Shown: in pieces, positions 59,361 to 64,000 of the stretch
How the letters are laid out: each line of letters starts with the position of its first letter
How positions within the stretch are numbered: position 1 is the stretch's first letter
Assembly (NCBI GenBank): GCA_963802945.1
Contig: CAWDKY010000030.1
Location: 224,001 to 288,000, forward strand
Direction: 5' to 3'
DNA length: 64,000 nucleotides
Source: an uncultured delta proteobacterium
Lineage (GTDB): Bacteria; Desulfobacterota; RBG-13-43-22
Notes under the pieces: generated by a model
What the model saw: the letters and a program-made list of their open reading frames with translations, nothing else
What the model was told of the DNA's origin: nothing
Databases searched by the model: none
Translations under genes and position numbers: made by a program

Positions 59361-59954
59361 ATGGAATTTGATCAGGTAATCCAAACGCGACGAAGCATCC
59401 GAAATTTCAAGCCGGACCCGGTATCGGACAAGGCCATTCTCGATATATTGGAAGCCGCCCGCCTGGCAGCTTCCGGCTCGAATATCCAACCCTGGCGGTT
59501 CATCATCATCCGGTCTCCGGAAATGAAGGAAAAACTTAAAAAGGCTACCGTCTTCAGTTTTGCCTTAAAAGCGCCGGTCGTCATCGCCTGCTGTACCGAC
59601 CTTTCGGCTCTGGACAGCAGACCGGACCGGTCTCTCGAATTGTTACAGGCCGGCGTGTTTGACGATGTTGAAGTAGACGGCGATTATACTCCACCGGAAA
59701 GGAACCGAGAACAGGTTTTGACCTATTTGAACATGAACGTCGGGATAGCCATTACCCATATGATGCTCAAAGCGGTTGATTTAGGCTTGGGAACCTGCTG
59801 GATCGGAGGATTTGACCCTCTAAAAACAAAAGAAATCCTTGCACTGGATGATAATCTTCACGTTGTGGCCTTATTGCCCATCGGGTATCCGAAACGAATC
59901 CCGGCACAGCGTCCCAGGTTTCCCTTAGAGAGGTTGATCGTCAAGACGGTTTGA
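59361..59954 (+). CDS. Nitroreductase family protein
   Basis: RRSIRNF, A.SGSNIQPWRF and LGLGTCWIG motifs. Confidence 0.93.
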   Translation: MEFDQVIQTRRSIRNFKPDPVSDKAILDILEAARLAASGSNIQPWRFIIIRSPEMKEKLKKATVFSFALKAPVVIACCTDLSALDSRPDRSLELLQAGVFDDVEVDGDYTPPERNREQVLTYLNMNVGIAITHMMLKAVDLGLGTCWIGGFDPLKTKEILALDDNLHVVALLPIGYPKRIPAQRPRFPLERLIVKTV

Positions 59955-60158
59955 TGAGAATTTCAACAAGATGATTGATTGGGAAGAAGGTCAAAACTTC
60001 AATGTTGACATGCCTTGCAAATGATAGCTCATAGGTGATAGGGACAGATAATAGATGTTAGATATTAGATGCTGGATACTGGATACCTAATGCAAGATGA
60101 GAGATGCAAACTCAAAACTAAAATGGGATGAGGGAAAGGGGAAAAGGAGAGATTAACC

Positions 60159-61244
60159 ATGCCTGACAAGGATTATGAAGCCTTACGCGATTTCCTGCAC
60201 CAATTTCCAAGGGGCTTTCTAAAAATGGAGTCAGGGGTCGAGATAAAGATCCTGAAGAGGCTTTTTACCGAGGATGAGGCCCGGCTCACGATCCAGCTTT
60301 CAACCCTGCCCGAGGAACTCACCAAGATCGCCGAGCGCCTGGACCTGAAGGCCGATGACCTGGAAAAAAAATTGGATGCCCTGGCCCAAAAGGGCCTGAC
60401 CTTTCGTTTTAGACGTGGAGGCGTCCCCTTTTACCGGGCCGCACCCTTTATGATCGGGCTCTATGAATACTCGGTTAAGAAGATCGACCGGGAACTGGCC
60501 GCCCTCTTCAAGGAATATTATGAGGCCGCCTATATCAAGGAACTTGGGAACCATGATATCCCCGGATTCAAAGTGATTCCCATGGAGAAAAATATTGATG
60601 TCCAAAAAGTCCTCCTGCCCTATCAGCGGCTGGAGGAAAGTGTGCGCGCAGCCAGGAAGATCTCCGTAACCGATTGTGTCTGCCGCAAAGAGGCGGTCCT
60701 GCTCGGCGAGGGTTGTCATCATCCCCTGGAAACCTGTCTCAGTTTCGGTGTGGCCGCCGAATATTACATTGATTCCGGCCTGGGTCGTGAAATACAGGCC
60801 GATGAAGCCATCAGAATCCTGGAGGAGGCCGATCAATCAGGCCTGGTCCATGCCGGGGCCAACTCCATGCATCTATCGAACATCTGCAATTGCTGCCCCT
60901 GCTGCTGTGCGGCCTTAAAGGCCATAACCAAATGGGGGAGCTACCGGCAAAGGCATTTCAACGCCGTCTATGAGGCCGTGGTCGATAAGGAGGAATGTAC
61001 CGCCTGTGAAGCCTGCCTGGATCGTTGTCCGGTAGGGGCCATTCAGGTGGAGGAGAAGGCCCTAATCGATCGGGATAAGTGCCTGGGCTGTGGACTTTGC
61101 GCCACCACCTGCCCGATGGAGTCCATCACCCTCATCCTCAGGCCTGACCGGCAAGAACCTTTTGACACCGTAGGTGAATTGGGAAGCAGGGTACTTAAGG
61201 GCAAGGGCAAAGCGCCCCTTATGATTAGAATGAAAAACGACTGA
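60159..61244 (+). CDS. 4Fe-4S dicluster-binding protein
   Basis: C.CR, ICNCC.CCC and two CxxCxxCxxxCP motifs. Confidence 0.9.
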   Translation: MPDKDYEALRDFLHQFPRGFLKMESGVEIKILKRLFTEDEARLTIQLSTLPEELTKIAERLDLKADDLEKKLDALAQKGLTFRFRRGGVPFYRAAPFMIGLYEYSVKKIDRELAALFKEYYEAAYIKELGNHDIPGFKVIPMEKNIDVQKVLLPYQRLEESVRAARKISVTDCVCRKEAVLLGEGCHHPLETCLSFGVAAEYYIDSGLGREIQADEAIRILEEADQSGLVHAGANSMHLSNICNCCPCCCAALKAITKWGSYRQRHFNAVYEAVVDKEECTACEACLDRCPVGAIQVEEKALIDRDKCLGCGLCATTCPMESITLILRPDRQEPFDTVGELGSRVLKGKGKAPLMIRMKND

Positions 61245-61304
61245 TGCCTCGTTTAACAATGGATCGGGGGCAGGTCTTGAATCTGGCACCCTCTGCTTTT
61301 CTCC

Positions 61305-61333
61305 TTGCCCCGGTCTTGTTCTTGCCTTATACT
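61305..61333 (+). promoter_or_regulatory. Repeated sigma70-like promoter, copy 4
   Basis: TTGCCC-17 nt-TATACT, preceded by gggggcaggtcttgaatctggcac. Confidence 0.75.
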
Positions 61334-61428
61334 CTTTCCAGCCAAAAGAAAAGTCTTATCATGTAATATATTCTTCAAAGCTGGTCACTCCGGGGAATAT
61401 CGGTTATACTTCCTTCTGGGAAATCGCC

Positions 61429-62016
61429 ATGGACCTACTCAATCAATTCTTAATCTGCCTCATTCCCATCATGGTCGCGCTGGACGCACCGGGCGTGCTG
61501 CCGCTCTACATGGCCATGACGGAAGGAATGAAAAAAAACGAACGCAAGATCATCGTCCGGCAATCCATCCTCACGGCCTTCCTGATCACCATCGGTTTTG
61601 TGCTGATCGGCAGGGCGGTATTTACTGCCCTCGGCATCAAGGTCGAGGACTTCATGATCGCGGGTGGGATCGTGCTCATGATCATCGCGGTCCTCGATAT
61701 GGTGCGCGCAGGCGAGCCGAGGGTAACTATCAGCCCAACGCTTGGCGTGGTCCCGCTCGGCACACCGCTCATCGCGGGGCCAGCCACGCTCACAACGACC
61801 TTGGTTCTCGTCGGCAGCTACGGATATGCACCCGTCATCCAGTCACTCGTGGTGAACATTCTCCTGGCCTGGCTCATTTTTTCCCAGGCGGACCGGATCA
61901 TAAAACTCATCGGCATCAACGGATCGCGCGCCTTTGCCAAGGTCGCGTCCCTGATTCTGGCGGCCATTGCCGTGAAGATGATCAGAAGCGGTATCGTCAA
62001 GATTATTGAGGGGTGA
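61429..62016 (+). CDS. marC: MarC family membrane protein
   Basis: F.IAGGI.L, VVPLGTPLIAGP and LIL.AIAV.MI..G motifs; GC-rich. Confidence 0.92.
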   Translation: MDLLNQFLICLIPIMVALDAPGVLPLYMAMTEGMKKNERKIIVRQSILTAFLITIGFVLIGRAVFTALGIKVEDFMIAGGIVLMIIAVLDMVRAGEPRVTISPTLGVVPLGTPLIAGPATLTTTLVLVGSYGYAPVIQSLVVNILLAWLIFSQADRIIKLIGINGSRAFAKVASLILAAIAVKMIRSGIVKIIEG

Positions 62017-62035
62017 CGTCATGCAAGTTGTTGGT

Positions 62036-62100
62036 AGGGGGTCGGACCTAGCCAACGGGTTAAATTCGAGGTCGGGGGTCAGGACTTGAATCTTGCACAC
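62036..62100 (+). repeat. Internally deleted G-family module
   Basis: ggggtcggacctagccaa...ggggtcaggacttgaatcttgcaca. Confidence 0.8.
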
Positions 62101-62150
62101 TGCGGCCTATTAAAGCAGGCTTCGCACTTAAACTTAATGAAAGGGAAAAG

Positions 62151-63173
62151 ATGAATACAGCAGAAGAAAGCTCCTTGATCGGTGTCGATGGCCGGCCTCG
62201 TTTCGGCATCTACGGTAAGCCTCTGGCCTCTCTCAATCTGGACGAATTCCGTCCTTACGGCGCAAAAGACCGTGCCTCATGGACTAAGAGCTGGATTTTG
62301 AATTACCGGATCAAGCGATGGGAATACCTCGGTGTCTGCAACAAGGCCATCATCTTTGGGATGGCCGTCGTCCGACTCGGCTATATGTGCAACCTGTTCA
62401 CCTATCTCTTTGACCGTCAAAGCGGACGAATCAGCGAATATAATATTCTCACCCCTGGCGGGGGCGATGCGATCTTCAAGGGAACTTCGCTGACAGGTGA
62501 AATCCATTTCAAGAGCGGGAAAACAACGGTCCGCATGGTGTCCGATCCCGAAACCATCATGGTCAAAGGATCCATCAAGAGAGAGCTTTCCGTCAACCTT
62601 TCTTTCCATAAGGTTGAGGAACCCCTTGTCTGCCTGACCCGAGTGGGTCTGAAAGGCTTTAACTACACTCACAAGGAAGCCGGCCTCCCCGTCCGGGGGA
62701 CGATAGGCCACAAGGATGTTTCCTGGGCTATTCAAGAAGACCAAACTTTCGGTGTCCGGGACTATACGCTGGGTTACCTTGCCCGCCAAACGTTCTGGAA
62801 CTGGGCCGCCGGCGGCGGCCTAGACCAGACAGGAAACCGCATCGGCTTCAATCTTGTTCAGGGGGTCAACGAAACGGGATTTACGGAAAACGTATTCTGG
62901 GTCAATGGCCGTCTGGTCAAGACGGATGTTGTGGATTTCCGATATGACGACCTGGACCTCCTGAAGCCGTGGCGCATCGAATCGAACGACGGCCGGGTCC
63001 GGCTGCGGTTCCTGCCGGAGGGCAAACGTTCGGCGAATACTAATATCGGCCTCATCGTGAGCAAATTTCACCAGCCCTTCGGCCGGTTTGAAGGGACCCT
63101 ACGGAACGGGGGTCAGGTCTGCGAACTGCAAAATGTTTCCGGCTTTGCGGAGGAGCACTATGCCAAGTGGTAA
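62151..63173 (+). CDS. DUF2804-like protein
   Basis: K.W.Y, FNYTHK, D...GY..R.T.WNWA, TEN.FWVNG, QPFG.F.G and G..E.H.AKW motifs. Confidence 0.8.
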   Translation: MNTAEESSLIGVDGRPRFGIYGKPLASLNLDEFRPYGAKDRASWTKSWILNYRIKRWEYLGVCNKAIIFGMAVVRLGYMCNLFTYLFDRQSGRISEYNILTPGGGDAIFKGTSLTGEIHFKSGKTTVRMVSDPETIMVKGSIKRELSVNLSFHKVEEPLVCLTRVGLKGFNYTHKEAGLPVRGTIGHKDVSWAIQEDQTFGVRDYTLGYLARQTFWNWAAGGGLDQTGNRIGFNLVQGVNETGFTENVFWVNGRLVKTDVVDFRYDDLDLLKPWRIESNDGRVRLRFLPEGKRSANTNIGLIVSKFHQPFGRFEGTLRNGGQVCELQNVSGFAEEHYAKW

Positions 63174-63321
63174 TTCAAAACAGCGTTCCGTAATCTGGGG
63201 AGGCGATATTAGGGGGACATAACACCGATATTCTATGCCACCACTGGTCTAAAGAAGGCCTTTCGTTTCTTGCCTGAAGTAAGAAGACGCCCTCCTCTTC
63301 CATTCCGCCCTGCTTTTCTCC

Positions 63322-63350
63322 TTGCCCCGGTCTTTTTCTTGCCTTATACT
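63322..63350 (+). promoter_or_regulatory. Repeated sigma70-like promoter, copy 5
   Basis: TTGCCC-17 nt-TATACT. Confidence 0.75.
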
Positions 63351-63410
63351 CTTCCCAGAAAAAAGGAATTCTTATCAAGAAAATGCGTTACGAAGGAGAG
63401 TTTTTTAATA

Positions 63411-63980
63411 ATGCTTAAGATGATGGCTGTGGGACCGATTCAGGCCAATTGCTATATATTGGGTTGTAACAAAACAAGGGAGGGAACTGTCATTGACCCT
63501 GGTGGCGATGCATTTAAAATAGTCAGGGAGGTGTCTAGCGCTAGGCTTAAGGTCAAATATATACTTATTACTCATGGTCATTTTGATCATACAGGTGCGG
63601 CTAAAGAATTAAAAGGGATTATAAAGGCGCCTGTATGGATTCACAGGCTGGATTCCTCCGGGCTTGGTTTTCCGCCTGACGGGACCCTCGTTGATGGACA
63701 GGAGATTGAAGTCGGGTCATACAAGATAAAGGTAATCCATACGCCAGGGCATTCCCCAGGCGGTGTATGTTTCTATGCACCAGGCGCTGTCTTTACCGGG
63801 GACACACTCTTTGCCGGTTCTATCGGACGCACGGACTTCCCGGGAGGTGATTATCAGGGATTGATTAAGAACGTGAAGGAAAAGATATTTCCACTCGGAG
63901 ATGATTTGCGCGTTTATCCTGGCCACGGTCCTGTCTCTACCATAGGGCAAGAGAGATTGAGGAACCCTTTTTTCAGATAG
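63411..63980 (+). CDS. MBL-fold metallo-hydrolase (glyoxalase II-like)
   Basis: THGHFDH, HTPGHSPG, FTGDTLF and YPGHG motifs. Confidence 0.93.
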   Translation: MLKMMAVGPIQANCYILGCNKTREGTVIDPGGDAFKIVREVSSARLKVKYILITHGHFDHTGAAKELKGIIKAPVWIHRLDSSGLGFPPDGTLVDGQEIEVGSYKIKVIHTPGHSPGGVCFYAPGAVFTGDTLFAGSIGRTDFPGGDYQGLIKNVKEKIFPLGDDLRVYPGHGPVSTIGQERLRNPFFR

Positions 63981-64000
63981 CCCACCCCCCTTGAAGGGTA

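Noticed and set aside
61305-62009. 234-aa alternative-frame ORF overlapping marC, and upstream-extended starts at 25011, 63270 and 50333
   Set aside because: The TTG starts fall in promoter or repeat DNA; the MarC frame and downstream ATGs fit family N-termini better.

Overview
Bacterial chromosomal window. Gene content and repeat style suggest an anaerobic Desulfobacterota-like organism (inference). Positions 1-25 kb hold housekeeping and catabolic genes (yajC, tgt, queA, fabH, TatD, Maf, YggS, CoA transferases, acyl-CoA dehydrogenases, GlcD-like oxidase, glutaconyl-CoA decarboxylase alpha) with many small palindromic and heptamer repeats. From about 25 kb to the end, about 40 functionally unrelated genes lie almost all on the + strand, separated by recurring non-coding modules. 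(i) 28.5-44.5 kb is a scaffold of ORF6N/KilA-N-like paralogs and remnants. Each carries an internal, co-varying near-perfect DNA palindrome, free-standing copies of that palindrome occur between genes, and a promoter-leader-terminator-like module recurs about 12 times around toxin-antitoxin and metabolic cargo. (ii) 45.9-63.4 kb carries a second modular repeat family that includes a five-copy portable sigma70-like promoter. Gene boundaries across both zones are repeatedly marked by G[A/T]CCCC-like motifs upstream and GGGG[A/T]C-like motifs downstream, which suggests a non-integron gene-cassette array. No integrase, transposase, CRISPR array, rRNA or tRNA was recognised. Several single-base frameshifts may be sequencing errors. 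All family calls come from motif recognition, with no database search.
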